This document shows, one piece after another, positions 14,753-27,264 of a stretch of DNA of 64,000 nucleotides (positions within the stretch are counted from its first letter, which is position 1; each line of letters begins with the position of its first letter). Location of the stretch: positions 18,993-82,992 of the forward strand of contig CBDCCZ010000032.1 in NCBI GenBank assembly GCA_965215005.1, given 5' to 3'. Made by a program: the position numbers and the translations under genes. The notes under the pieces are model-generated. The model did not search any database. It had not been told where the DNA came from and was given only the letters and a program-made list of their open reading frames with translations. This stretch comes from Kofleriaceae bacterium. GTDB taxonomy: Bacteria > Myxococcota_A > Polyangia > Haliangiales > Haliangiaceae.

Positions 14753-16012
14753 TCAATCCGATACCTTGTTGATAGCGGTGGCAGCCGAGTGCGTCAAGGT
14801 GACGCGGATGCCGCTGCCGAAAGCGGGCCCGATGTGCTCGGCCCAGGCAATCTCCCCGTCAGCGACGCGAGTCACAACCACGGCGCTCGCCCGCGCGCCG
14901 CGCGGAATCTTGGCGTCGATGAATAAGTCGCTGAGCTTGCGAGAGCGGCCGACCAGACGCGCGGGGCGCATGCGGTCGCCCGACTGCCACTTGCGCACCA
15001 GGTAGGGCCCGTCGTCGCCGTGGACGTTTACCAGCGGCGCTGCGGCGCTGCTCACGTTGGGTGCGCCGCCACCGAGGACAAAGCGCAGCCGGTCATATTC
15101 TCGCACCGCGGTGCCCCGCGGCAGGCTTACCGCCGCGCTTCCCGCCGCAGGCACCCGCCCCAGCGTGGCGAGCGCCTGCCGATGACGCGCCGTAAGCGGC
15201 CCGAGCCCCGCATCCTCGGCGGCTCGAGCGAGGGCCGCGTTGGCCACCGCCGGCGGGACCTGGGCGAGGGCGGCCAACTCGAGCGCGCCATCGCGGCGCG
15301 CCGATGCCAGCGCGGCCTCGACCGCCCACGCCAGCACCTCGACCTGCTCGCGCGCCGCGCTCGCCAGCCGGCACAGGGCCGACTCCAGCGCCGGATTCTC
15401 GTTCGCGAGCTCGGGGAGCCAACGCTTCCGCACCCGCACCCGAAAAAATCGCGAGTCGCCGTTCATTGAATCTTGCACCACCTCGAGTTGCGCAGCGGCG
15501 ACGTAGCTGTCGATTTCCGTCCGCGTGGTCGTGAGCAAGGGTCGGCAATAGCGACCGCGCCGTGACGGGATCGCCGCGAGCCCGGCCACTCCACTGCCGC
15601 GGAGGATGCGCATCAGCACGGTTTCGGCTTGGTCCGAGGCGGTGTGGGCGAGCAGAACGACGTCGAGGCGATAGTCGCGCGCGGCCTGCTCGAACGCCGC
15701 GTAGCGCGCGCGACGTGCGGCATCTTCGAGCGAAGCGCCGCGATCCACCGTGACCGATAGACACGCAAACCCTGCGCCTCGCGCCAGCCTCTCGACCAGC
15801 GCTGCCTCGCTCGCGGTGCCGGCGCGCAAGCCGTGGTCGACGTACAACAGAGTGACCGGGCCGAGCGCGCCGCGGCTCCGCAACGCCAACGTCGCATCGG
15901 CGAGCACCGCCGAGTCGGGACCGCCTGAGCAGCCGACGCCGACGCGGGCGTCCTCGCCCACGCCAAGCGCCGCCAGCGCTTCGGCAACCCGCTTTCGGAT
16001 GGACTCGACCAC
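14753..16012 (-). CDS. tilS: tRNA(Ile)-lysidine synthetase
   Basis: CSGGPDS, VDHGLR, AARRARY, AHTASDQAETVLMR, C-terminal RKLSDLFIDAKIPR; TATCAT 6 nt before GTG 16012. Confidence 0.92.
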   Translation of the reverse strand: MVESIRKRVAEALAALGVGEDARVGVGCSGGPDSAVLADATLALRSRGALGPVTLLYVDHGLRAGTASEAALVERLARGAGFACLSVTVDRGASLEDAARRARYAAFEQAARDYRLDVVLLAHTASDQAETVLMRILRGSGVAGLAAIPSRRGRYCRPLLTTTRTEIDSYVAAAQLEVVQDSMNGDSRFFRVRVRKRWLPELANENPALESALCRLASAAREQVEVLAWAVEAALASARRDGALELAALAQVPPAVANAALARAAEDAGLGPLTARHRQALATLGRVPAAGSAAVSLPRGTAVREYDRLRFVLGGGAPNVSSAAAPLVNVHGDDGPYLVRKWQSGDRMRPARLVGRSRKLSDLFIDAKIPRGARASAVVVTRVADGEIAWAEHIGPAFGSGIRVTLTHSAATAINKVSD

Positions 16013-16039
16013 GACCCAATGATAGGCATCGAGCCGCGT

Positions 16040-17725
16040 ATGGCCACCGACGAACGAGTCTCCGCCGACGCGCCTCTCACCCGGTTGCGCTCGGCTCTCG
16101 CCGGACCGCAAGGGTATGAGCGCGTCGATGCTCTGCTCTCTGCCGACGATCCCGCCGCTGCCGTGGGCGCGCTGTCGGTCCCGGATCTGTATCTGCTGGT
16201 CCGGCAGGTTGGCTTTGCCGACGCGCAAGACCTCTTGGCACTAGCAAGTCCGACGCAGCTTCGCGGCTGCATCGACCTCGACATTTGGGATCGCGATGGT
16301 CTGGCGCTGCCCAAGCTCGAACCGTGGTTGACGGCGTTGGTCGAAGCGGGCTTCGAGCGACTCGGCGAGGTGTGGGCCCGGCTCGACCCGGAGCTCACCG
16401 CCCTCTATTTGGCGCGCCACACGGTGATCTACGACCTCAGTCAGGACGAGGAACCCGACGACTCCGACGACCGCCCGGTGGTCCTAACACCCGATACCTT
16501 CTTCGCGCTCAAGCTTCTCGACGACCGCCACGACAGCGCGCAGCTCGTGCACCGCATCATCGACGATCTGTATCGCGCCGATCTGGCCCTGGCGCGTCAC
16601 ACGATTCTTTCGGCCAAAACCGAGCCCCTGGCCTACCTCGAGGAAATGAGCTACCGCTGGCGCTCTGGGCGCATGGCCGACCTTGGCTACGTGGAGTACC
16701 ACGAGGCGCTCGAGGTATTTCGGCCGCTCGATCCCAGTCACGTCCGGATCGGTGAGGGCAGCGAAGATCGCTTCGGCGACATCGTCGAGGGCGACGAGGT
16801 CCTGTCGCCCAGAAATATGCCGGCGCCGGTGGCGGAGCACGCCATGGGGCGCAGTTTTCTGGCCCGCGCCCTCGACCGCGTCACCGAGCTCGAGCACGCC
16901 GAGCGCCTCGAGATGGCGCTGATGGTTCTCGTCAATAAGGTGCTCGCCGCCGCCCGCGTCAGCCCCGGCGACGAGGAAGTGCTCCGGCTCGGGGCCGATC
17001 ACGCCACCGCCACGTTGGCACTTGGCTTGGAAACGGTGAGTCGCGGCGACGTCGACCGCGCTGCCGAGGCGCTGCGCACGGTGTCGCTCACGCGACTGCA
17101 CCGCGCCGGCTATACGGTGACGATGCGGCTCGGTCGGTTGGCGCGAGCGCTCGCGCCGCGGTCGACCACCGCTGGAAGTCCCGCTGACGCGGTTTTAGCA
17201 GCGCTGACGCGGTTGCGGCCGTTTTTTGCCCGCGAGCTCGAAGTACCTCCCGGCGAGGGACCGCGGCCCATCGAGTCGCTCGCCGACGTCCGCTGCATCG
17301 CCGCAGAGCTCACTCGCCTGGCGTTGCGCATTGCCGTCGCCGAGGCCCTCGGCATCGATCTCCTCGCCATGGCGGAAAAGCCCGAGCCGCGCCCGGAGCT
17401 CGACGATCACGCCCGCACCGCCCTCGCCCGCGCCCTCGCCGGCGGCGAAGCCACCAGCGCGCCGCTGAGCACCGCCGACATCGCTGGCTTGCGAAGTCGC
17501 GCCTTCCTGGGCAAGCAGCTCTCCACCGCCGCCCGCGACAGCGCCAGCCGTGCCCTGCTCCTGGCTCTGGATCGCGCCAACGTCGTCGCCGGCCGGGAGC
17601 TCTTGCCCCCGCTCATGGAACGCTGGCTCGACGACCTCGAGTCCTCGTTCGCCGCCCTTCCCCCGGGCACCGACCCCGACCCGCGCTTCTTCACCGGCGT
17701 CCTCCTCGACCGCGCCCTCTCCTGA
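16040..17725 (+). CDS. conserved myxobacterial protein (DUF6178-like)
   Basis: Long coding-like ORF; LALASPTQLRGCIDLDIWDRD and YRWRSGRMADLGY resemble DUF6178 as I recall it. Confidence 0.7.
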   Translation: MATDERVSADAPLTRLRSALAGPQGYERVDALLSADDPAAAVGALSVPDLYLLVRQVGFADAQDLLALASPTQLRGCIDLDIWDRDGLALPKLEPWLTALVEAGFERLGEVWARLDPELTALYLARHTVIYDLSQDEEPDDSDDRPVVLTPDTFFALKLLDDRHDSAQLVHRIIDDLYRADLALARHTILSAKTEPLAYLEEMSYRWRSGRMADLGYVEYHEALEVFRPLDPSHVRIGEGSEDRFGDIVEGDEVLSPRNMPAPVAEHAMGRSFLARALDRVTELEHAERLEMALMVLVNKVLAAARVSPGDEEVLRLGADHATATLALGLETVSRGDVDRAAEALRTVSLTRLHRAGYTVTMRLGRLARALAPRSTTAGSPADAVLAALTRLRPFFARELEVPPGEGPRPIESLADVRCIAAELTRLALRIAVAEALGIDLLAMAEKPEPRPELDDHARTALARALAGGEATSAPLSTADIAGLRSRAFLGKQLSTAARDSASRALLLALDRANVVAGRELLPPLMERWLDDLESSFAALPPGTDPDPRFFTGVLLDRALS

Positions 17726-17765
17726 GCTCGGCTTGCAGCACAGGTTCAGCGAACGATGTTCCGCA

Positions 17766-19178
17766 TCACGTCGGCCCCGTTGGACATGGTGGCCGGGCGT
17801 CGGGACACTCGGCCCAGTAGCGCAGGGCTTCGCTGATGCGGTCTAGGTAGCCTTGATCGCGGACGAGCTCGCGGTAGCCGGGGATGGCGCCGACCCACTG
17901 GCGCATGCGGACGTTGGGCGCATCGGTGAGGTAGAGGGTCGGCAGGCCCAGCAGCGCGGGGCCATCCATCCCGGCGGTGGTGACGCCTAGCTGCCCTTTG
18001 AGGGCATGCGCTCGGCGGAGATACTCAAATAGCTGGAGCTGCGCGCGCCGCAGGTCGTGGCCCGAGAACAGTGGCTCCTTCCAGAACAGCGTCAGATCCA
18101 CCGCGGCATCCGGCACGCGGCCGCCGCGGATGGCATCACCGACGAGGACGGGGAGGAGGCCGACAGCGCGTGCGCGGCGGGTGAGCTCGACGAGCTCGGA
18201 GTACATCGTGTTGCGCAGCGGGTGGTGCTCAGAGTGGCGCACCCAGAGGAGGACTTTGGGCCCGGGATCCGCAATGGCGAGGCGGCGATCGGTCCACTCG
18301 ATGATCGCTGGCGGGATCGGTGCCTCTCCGAGAAATGCTGCGCGCAGCGTCCGCTGGGCGGCGGCCGGCTCTGCACGGAAGGCCTCGGCAACGATCGCGG
18401 TGAGCTGCTTGTTGGCGCGCGGCCGGCAGCGATAGGGCGTGAGCCGGCTGCGAAGTCCCGCGTCGCCCAAAAATCGCTCCGCGCTTGCCGTTTGTGGCGC
18501 ATTCGGCTCGAGCTGGATGGCGACGCCGGCGAGGAGCGCCGCCGCAGCGAGATACCAGCCTTCGCCGAAGGAGAAGCCTGGATCGGCGTGAAACGTATAG
18601 GCGTGGTTGCGGTCCTCGACGAGCTGCCGCGCCGCTGCGGCAGCCGCGGCAGCCGTCCGCGCGGCCTGCGATGCGGCTTCTCGCTCAGGCTCGAGTGCCA
18701 TGCGCGCCGATTCTCGGTCGAGCGCGAGGCCGATCTGCGCCGCTTCTCCGTCGAGCTCGAGTGCCATGCGCGCCGTTTCTCGGTCGAGCGCGAGGGCCAT
18801 CTGCGCCGCTTCGGCTGCCGAAGCCTCCGCGGTGGCCACGATTGCTTCGACGCGCCGCCAACCCTCGTTGCACGCTTGCGGCGTGGGAGCCCGCTGGGCG
18901 CCGCGAGAGAGCTGACCGGCGCCGTGACGCGCGTCTTGCGCACGCGCCGCGTGGGCGCGCGCCAGCGTCACGCGGGCACTCGCGAGCGTTGCCGGGCTGG
19001 CGTTGCCGGCGAGGACGCGGCGTGCCTTAACTATCGCGCATTCAAGTTGGCGACGATGCCGCTCGCGAGCGCCGGGCAAGTGCAGCGCACCGACCTGGGC
19101 GAGCGCGCCGGCCAGCAGCGCCGCGGCTTCGCGTTCGAGGGCCTCTGCGTCGAGCCCATCACCACACGTCGAGCTCAT
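17766..19178 (-). CDS. hypothetical protein: helical N-terminus with 11-aa repeats, GT-B-like C-terminal domain
   Basis: 470-aa ORF directly downstream of rnc; KVLLWVR...RN, PVLVGD, GVTTAGMDGPALLGLPTLYL. Confidence 0.65.
   Translation of the reverse strand: MSSTCGDGLDAEALEREAAALLAGALAQVGALHLPGARERHRRQLECAIVKARRVLAGNASPATLASARVTLARAHAARAQDARHGAGQLSRGAQRAPTPQACNEGWRRVEAIVATAEASAAEAAQMALALDRETARMALELDGEAAQIGLALDRESARMALEPEREAASQAARTAAAAAAAARQLVEDRNHAYTFHADPGFSFGEGWYLAAAALLAGVAIQLEPNAPQTASAERFLGDAGLRSRLTPYRCRPRANKQLTAIVAEAFRAEPAAAQRTLRAAFLGEAPIPPAIIEWTDRRLAIADPGPKVLLWVRHSEHHPLRNTMYSELVELTRRARAVGLLPVLVGDAIRGGRVPDAAVDLTLFWKEPLFSGHDLRRAQLQLFEYLRRAHALKGQLGVTTAGMDGPALLGLPTLYLTDAPNVRMRQWVGAIPGYRELVRDQGYLDRISEALRYWAECPDARPPCPTGPT
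18690..18812. repeat. in-frame 66-bp duplication with a 33-bp sub-period
   Basis: ctcgagtgccatgcgcgccg(a/t)ttctcggtcgagcgcgagg... starts at both 18690 and 18756. Confidence 0.85.
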
Positions 19179-19201
19179 GTCACACCACGCGCCAGCCTCC
19201 C

Positions 19202-19912
19202 CTACTCCGCGTCCCGCGCCTCGGTCAAGAGCTCGAAGGCCTGGCGTGCCGCCGCCTGCTCGGCTTCTTTCTTGGACTTGCCGGCGGCGCGGGCATACTC
19301 TCGATCGCCCAGGAGCACCGCCACCTCGAACGTCTTGGCGTGATCGGGGCCAGCGTCGCTGATGAGACGATAGACGGGCGAGGCCTTGAGGCGGGCTTGA
19401 GCCAACTCCTGGAGACGGGTCTTATAGTCATAAAAGCCGGCGTCTGGCTCGGCAGCGAGGCGATCGCCAAACAAGCGAGCGATCAGCGCGCGGGCGGTGG
19501 CGAATCCACCGTCCAAGTACACCGCGGCGATCACGGCTTCGACGGCATCGGCGAGCAGCGAGGGCTTGTCGCGACCGCCACTGCGCTCCTCGCCGTTGCC
19601 GAGCCGAAGCCAGGCGCCGAGATCGAGGCAGCGAGCGACGTCGGCGAGGCCGACCTCGCTCACGATGCGTGCCCGGGTCACCGACAGCTCGCCCTCCCGC
19701 AGCGTGGGAAACGCCTCCATGAGCATGTGACCGATGCAGAGATCGAGCACCGCATCGCCAAGGAACTCGAGCCTCTCGTTGTCGCTGCCGACTTGCTCGG
19801 GCTTCTCGTTGGCAAACGAGCGGTGCGTGAGCGCCGTAATCAGAAGCTCGCGGTTGAGGAACCGATGACCGAGAGCGGCCTCGAGTCGCTCGTAATCCGT
19901 CGCAGCGGGCAC
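19202..19912 (-). CDS. rnc: ribonuclease III
   Basis: ALTHRS, NERLEFLGDAVL, dsRBD (DYKTRLQE...GKSKKEAEQAAA); TACGGT 8 nt before GTG 19912. Confidence 0.96.
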   Translation of the reverse strand: MPAATDYERLEAALGHRFLNRELLITALTHRSFANEKPEQVGSDNERLEFLGDAVLDLCIGHMLMEAFPTLREGELSVTRARIVSEVGLADVARCLDLGAWLRLGNGEERSGGRDKPSLLADAVEAVIAAVYLDGGFATARALIARLFGDRLAAEPDAGFYDYKTRLQELAQARLKASPVYRLISDAGPDHAKTFEVAVLLGDREYARAAGKSKKEAEQAAARQAFELLTEARDAE

Positions 19913-19985
19913 GGGGCGCGACCGTAGCACGCACCCGCGCCAGCGCAGCAATTGCCCAAGGATGCGGCAGATAGCGCCCGCGCCG

Positions 19986-21113
19986 TTACAGGACGCGAAG
20001 CTGGCTCGAGCGCTGCGCCGGTCCCAGCGTCGGGGCGATCCAGCCGCCGCCTAGCACCACGTCATCGGCATAAAAGACCGCGGCTTGGCCGGGCGCGGCG
20101 ATCGGCGCTTCGCCGAGGAAGGTCACCGTGGCGCTGCGGTCGGCATCGAGCACGAGCTCAGCGGCGATTGGACGCGCGCGATGGCGAACCTGCACCAACA
20201 CCTCTGCGGGCAGCGACGAAGCCGGGCCGAGCCAGCGAACATCGCGAATCGTCAAGCTGTTGCGACGGGCGCCTTCGCGCTCGCCCACGACGACTCGGTT
20301 GGCTGCGGGATCGATGGCCACGACATAGGCCGGCTTGCCGCCGAGCACGTTGCCGAGGCCGCGACGTTGGCCCACCGTATAGTGATGCACCCCCGCGTGG
20401 CGGCCGACGACGGCACCGGTGCCATCGACGATGTCGCCGTCGCCGAGCTGATGGCCACGAGCGCGGGCGCGAGCAGCCACAAATCCTGCGTAATCCCCAT
20501 CGGGCACGAAGCAGATCTCTTGCGAATCGGGCTTGTCGGCATTGGGCAATTGCGCCGCCCGCGCCTGCGCGCGCACCTCATCTTTGGTGAGCGCCCCCAG
20601 CGGAAACTCGATGGCGCCGAGCTCGTGGCGCGGCATCGAGAACAGAAAGTAGGACTGATCTTTTTTTACATCGACGCCACGGCGCAGCTGCCAGCCAGCC
20701 GCACCCTGCTCGATCCGCGCGTAGTGACCCGTGACGATGGTTTCGGCACCGAGCGCCCGCGCCCGCTGGAGCAGCGGCGTGAACTTGATGTGCTGGTTGC
20801 ACTTCACGCACGGATTGGGTGTCTCGCCGGCGAGATAGGAATCGACGAAATCATCGATGACCTGCCGCTCGAAGTCGGCTTGGAAGTCGACGACGTAAAA
20901 CGGAATCCCCAGGTGTTGGCAAACCCGCCGCGCATCTTCGATATCGCGCGGCCCGCAGCAGCGGCCGCCGACGGATGCTTGAGTGCCGCGGGCATCGTAG
21001 AGGCGCATGGTCATGCCGACGACGCGGCGCCCCTGGGCCACGAGCATGGCCGCCGCAGTGGCGCTGTCGACCCCGCCTGAGAGAGCGGCGACAATGGGTG
21101 GCTGATCGGTCAT
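19986..21113 (-). CDS. mnmA: tRNA-specific 2-thiouridylase
   Basis: SGGVDS, TPNPCVKCN, TGHYAR, KDQSYFL, DSQEICF, YTVGQRRGL, APGQAAVFY. Confidence 0.96.
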   Translation of the reverse strand: MTDQPPIVAALSGGVDSATAAAMLVAQGRRVVGMTMRLYDARGTQASVGGRCCGPRDIEDARRVCQHLGIPFYVVDFQADFERQVIDDFVDSYLAGETPNPCVKCNQHIKFTPLLQRARALGAETIVTGHYARIEQGAAGWQLRRGVDVKKDQSYFLFSMPRHELGAIEFPLGALTKDEVRAQARAAQLPNADKPDSQEICFVPDGDYAGFVAARARARGHQLGDGDIVDGTGAVVGRHAGVHHYTVGQRRGLGNVLGGKPAYVVAIDPAANRVVVGEREGARRNSLTIRDVRWLGPASSLPAEVLVQVRHRARPIAAELVLDADRSATVTFLGEAPIAAPGQAAVFYADDVVLGGGWIAPTLGPAQRSSQLRVL

Positions 21114-21136
21114 GATGGCTCGCTTGGACGCGTAAC

Positions 21137-22507
21137 ATGGAGGAAGACCTCGCCGAACGCAACCTGTCAACCGGCACTCGACTGGTGCTCGAATGCGAAG
21201 CGCTCGACGATGCCGGCAGCGGTATCGCCACGGCCGACGGCCATGCGGTCCATGTCGCGGGACTGATTCCCGGTGAGCGTGGCACCGTCGTGATCGAGCA
21301 CGTTAGCTCGCATCGACGGCAGGCGTGGGCGCGGCTCGAAGCGCGGCGGGGGTTGCCGAGCCCGGCGCGGGTGGAACCGTCGTGTCCAGGGTTTGGCCGC
21401 TGCGGCGGCTGCAGCTGGCAGATGCTGGCGTATCCCGCGCAATGCACGCACAAGCGCCAACGGGTCGTCGAGGCGCTCGCCGCCGCCGGCGTGCACTGCG
21501 ACGTCGACCAGGTCATCGCCTCGCCCACTGAGAGTGGCTATCGCAACAAGGGCAAGTACGTCGTCGGCATGCGCAACGGCGAGCTCGCGCTCGGCGCGTG
21601 GGCGCCGCGCACCCATGCCTTCGTCGACACCCTCGGTTGCCGCGTCGTGACGCCGGCGATCGATGCTGCCGCCGCGCGGCTGCGCACCCATCTCGCCGCC
21701 CAGCCGCTCACCGTTTACGACGAGCGCCAGCGCCGCGGTCAGCTGCGCTATGCGATCCTTCGCGCCGGCATCGACGAGGCGCTGCTCGTCGTCCTCGTCA
21801 CCACCAGCCACACCCCGCGTGCACCACTTCTGGCAGTGGCGCGCGCGATGCTCGAGGACGGCGCTGCGGGGGTCGTTTGGATGCGCAACGACACCACCGG
21901 CGGCGCCATCTTGGCCGACGACGTCGAGCTGCTCGCCGGTCGCGCCACCGTGACCGACGTGGTTGCAGGCGTGCCCGTGGACGTGGGTGCCAAGGATTTT
22001 CTCCAGGTGCATCGGTCGCAGGCCGAGCGCCTTTACGACGACGTCGCCGCTCTCGCCGGTGTTACCCCCGGGGCGCTGGCCATCGATCTGTATTGCGGCG
22101 TGGGTGGCTTTGCCTTCGCCCTCGCCCGTCGCGGCGCACGCGTCATCGGCATCGAGCGCGTCGGCGACGCGGTGGCCGCGGGCAACCGTGCAGCCGCGGC
22201 CGCTGGCCTCAGCGAGCGCGTCGAGCTCCGAGTCGGCGATGCGGCCTCGCTCGCCACGCTGCCGAAGGCGTCGCTGATCGTCGTCGATCCGCCGCGCAAA
22301 GGCCTCGATGCGGCGACTCGCGCCGCGCTTGCCGACCATCGCCCCCCCGCCCTCCTCTACGTGAGCTGCGGCCCCGACGCGCTCGGCCGCGACCTCGCGG
22401 TGTTTGTCGCCGCGGGCTATCAGCTCGAGCGCGTGCGCCCCTACGACCTCATGCCCGGCACCGCCCACATCGAAACCGTTGCGCTGCTGCGCCGCCCAAG
22501 CAAGTGA
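21137..22507 (+). CDS. rlmD: 23S rRNA (uracil-5)-methyltransferase
   Basis: TRAM-like N-terminus, C...GRCGGCSWQ, YRNK, FLQV, DLYCGVG, VDPPRKG, YVSC, TAHIE. Confidence 0.92.
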   Translation: MEEDLAERNLSTGTRLVLECEALDDAGSGIATADGHAVHVAGLIPGERGTVVIEHVSSHRRQAWARLEARRGLPSPARVEPSCPGFGRCGGCSWQMLAYPAQCTHKRQRVVEALAAAGVHCDVDQVIASPTESGYRNKGKYVVGMRNGELALGAWAPRTHAFVDTLGCRVVTPAIDAAAARLRTHLAAQPLTVYDERQRRGQLRYAILRAGIDEALLVVLVTTSHTPRAPLLAVARAMLEDGAAGVVWMRNDTTGGAILADDVELLAGRATVTDVVAGVPVDVGAKDFLQVHRSQAERLYDDVAALAGVTPGALAIDLYCGVGGFAFALARRGARVIGIERVGDAVAAGNRAAAAAGLSERVELRVGDAASLATLPKASLIVVDPPRKGLDAATRAALADHRPPALLYVSCGPDALGRDLAVFVAAGYQLERVRPYDLMPGTAHIETVALLRRPSK

Positions 22508-22615
22508 GCTGCTCAATCCTCCGTAGAGCGCTCTAGCTCATCGGCATCAACGACATCCCGAGCACGCCCGGTCTTGTCAGCGAGGTGATCGTGCCGCTAT
22601 GAACGCGCGACCCCG

Positions 22616-23020
22616 CTATGGCGCGACGGCTGCCATCAACTCGTCCTCGATGGCGACGGTGACCGCCGCACGCGACGAGAGCGTCACGACTCGATCGATC
22701 CACACCGGCTCGTTTGCGGTGGTGGCGGTGATATCGACCCGATAGGCGCCGTCGGTGGTCGCCAGGGTGAAGGACACGCTGCTCGGTGCTCCGCTGGTGA
22801 AGGTCCGTTCAAAGGTGCTGATGGGCGCCACCGCGCCGTCTTCATAGAGGTCGACTTGCAGCTGGCGGATCAGCGGCGCGGCGCGGCCGAGCTCGACGAC
22901 CACCGTGACCTCGGCGAGCTCGCTTTCGCAGGTTTGACTCGCCAGCACCAGCAGTGCCACGAAGAACGCGGCCGGAGCGAGCCGGCGGCGCAGGGTATGC
23001 CAAACGCTCGGAGACGTCAT
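22616..23020 (-). CDS. small exported or membrane-anchored hypothetical protein
   Basis: Hydrophobic AAFFVALLVLASQTC then a beta-rich domain; TAGGGT 7 nt before ATG 23020. Confidence 0.6.
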   Translation of the reverse strand: MTSPSVWHTLRRRLAPAAFFVALLVLASQTCESELAEVTVVVELGRAAPLIRQLQVDLYEDGAVAPISTFERTFTSGAPSSVSFTLATTDGAYRVDITATTANEPVWIDRVVTLSSRAAVTVAIEDELMAAVAP

Positions 23021-23157
23021 CCCGCGAACCCTACGCGACTCGGCACCGCGAGCCACGCAAAACCACCAAGGAACACTGAACGCAGCCGCAGCTGTGCGGT
23101 CAGGCCTCGACTCCCCGGTTATCGAGACGGTTCTCGGACGCCCGGCCGCCCGCATCG

Positions 23158-24000
23158 ATGACTTCTTCGCGACGCATCGATCAAAAAGTTGCCGCTCGAC
23201 GGCTGGCTTCTTATCGTCGCTCGGTGCGCGGGTCGGCCATCGTTCTCCTGCTCGCCTTTGCGGCGCATGGGCTCGGCTGCGCGCGACGCTCGGTGCCGTA
23301 TCACTTCCGCGCGCCGTTGGTCTCCGGCGTTCACGCCGCACCGCTGCCCCGCGACCCTGGCTCCCCAGCAACGCGAGCACGCCCGCGCGCGCCGCAGCGA
23401 AGGCCGAGTCAAATCATCGTGCGCCGCATCGATCGCGACCTGCCGGCGCCGCATCGCCACGAGACGCCAGCCCTGCCGCAGCGCGTTGAGCTCAGCATCG
23501 GCGGCGAGCCGCTCGAGCCGAGCGAGCACCCGGTGCAGTCTCCCACCACGGTTCCCGACTCTCTGCGCGCTCTCGTCGGTCGCCGCAGCGATGGCACCAG
23601 CGTCGCGCTCGCCATTACCGCCGCTCGCAGCCTCGGGGGACGACTCTCACCCGCGCTCGATGCCCTCTCCACCACCGATGAGCTGCTCGAGCTAGCGGCT
23701 GACAAAGACGCCATCGCCGAAGATCTGGCCCTCACCGGCGACTTGGTCGTCGTTGCCGACTACGCTGGAATCGTCGTGGACATCGACGAGCGCGGCGTGA
23801 GCGAGTTCGTCTATCTCGCCAGCGGCGTCGTCCGCCGCGGTTTTTTCGATCGCAGTCGCCCCGACCTCGCTCGCGACGAGGCGGGCCGCGTCGTCAACTC
23901 CTTCGTCTGGCATGGAGCGGGCATGCCGCCGCTGGACCGCAGCCACCTCGCCGGCTCGGAGCTGCGCGCGGTCATTCGCCTCGAGCGCCTGGTTCGCTGA
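23158..24000 (+). CDS. lipoprotein with a degenerate NlpC/P60-CHAP-like C-terminal domain (start uncertain)
   Basis: VLLLAFAAHGLGC lipobox; GDLV...AGIVVDIDERG...GVVRRG...RDEAGRVVNSF. Confidence 0.55.
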   Translation: MTSSRRIDQKVAARRLASYRRSVRGSAIVLLLAFAAHGLGCARRSVPYHFRAPLVSGVHAAPLPRDPGSPATRARPRAPQRRPSQIIVRRIDRDLPAPHRHETPALPQRVELSIGGEPLEPSEHPVQSPTTVPDSLRALVGRRSDGTSVALAITAARSLGGRLSPALDALSTTDELLELAADKDAIAEDLALTGDLVVVADYAGIVVDIDERGVSEFVYLASGVVRRGFFDRSRPDLARDEAGRVVNSFVWHGAGMPPLDRSHLAGSELRAVIRLERLVR

Positions 24001-24108
24001 ACCCGACTCGGCCGGCTCCTCCACGCGGTGAGCCGCGGTCGCTCCAGAGATTGCGCACCGGGCTAGAAAATAGCCGCGTAGGTTGAGGTAAGCTGCTGCG
24101 CAACCGCC

Positions 24109-24191
24109 GGGGCAGTGGCGGAATGGTATACGCGGCAGACTTAAAATCTGCTGGCCGTAAGGCCGTGCGGGTTCGAGCCCCGCCTGCCCCA
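24109..24191 (+). tRNA. tRNA-Leu(TAA); CCA not encoded
   Basis: Acceptor GGGGCAG/CTGCCCC-A, anticodon arm GCAGA-CTTAAAA-TCTGC, long variable arm GGCC-GTAA-GGCC, T-loop GGTTCGAGCC. Confidence 0.97.
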
Positions 24192-24232
24192 CTTCCTTGC
24201 AGAGTCGGCTGCACCGCGACGCACTTCAGCGC

Positions 24233-24261
24233 TTGACGCCTGAACGTGTGTTCCGTAGCCT
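24233..24261 (+). promoter_or_regulatory. uvrA sigma-70 promoter containing a LexA/SOS box
   Basis: TTGACG-N17-TAGCCT; the spacer holds CTGAACGTGTGTTCCG (GAAC-N4-GTTC) at 24240-24255. Confidence 0.75.
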
Positions 24262-24273
24262 TCCGGCACCTTC

Positions 24274-27264
<2,991 letters not shown>

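Noticed and set aside
24109..24191. tRNA-Leu(TAA) as a bldA-like developmental switch or an island integration site
   Set aside because: TTA codons occur in ordinary genes here (uvrA, the kinase, the HEAT gene); no integrase, att duplication or compositional break is adjacent
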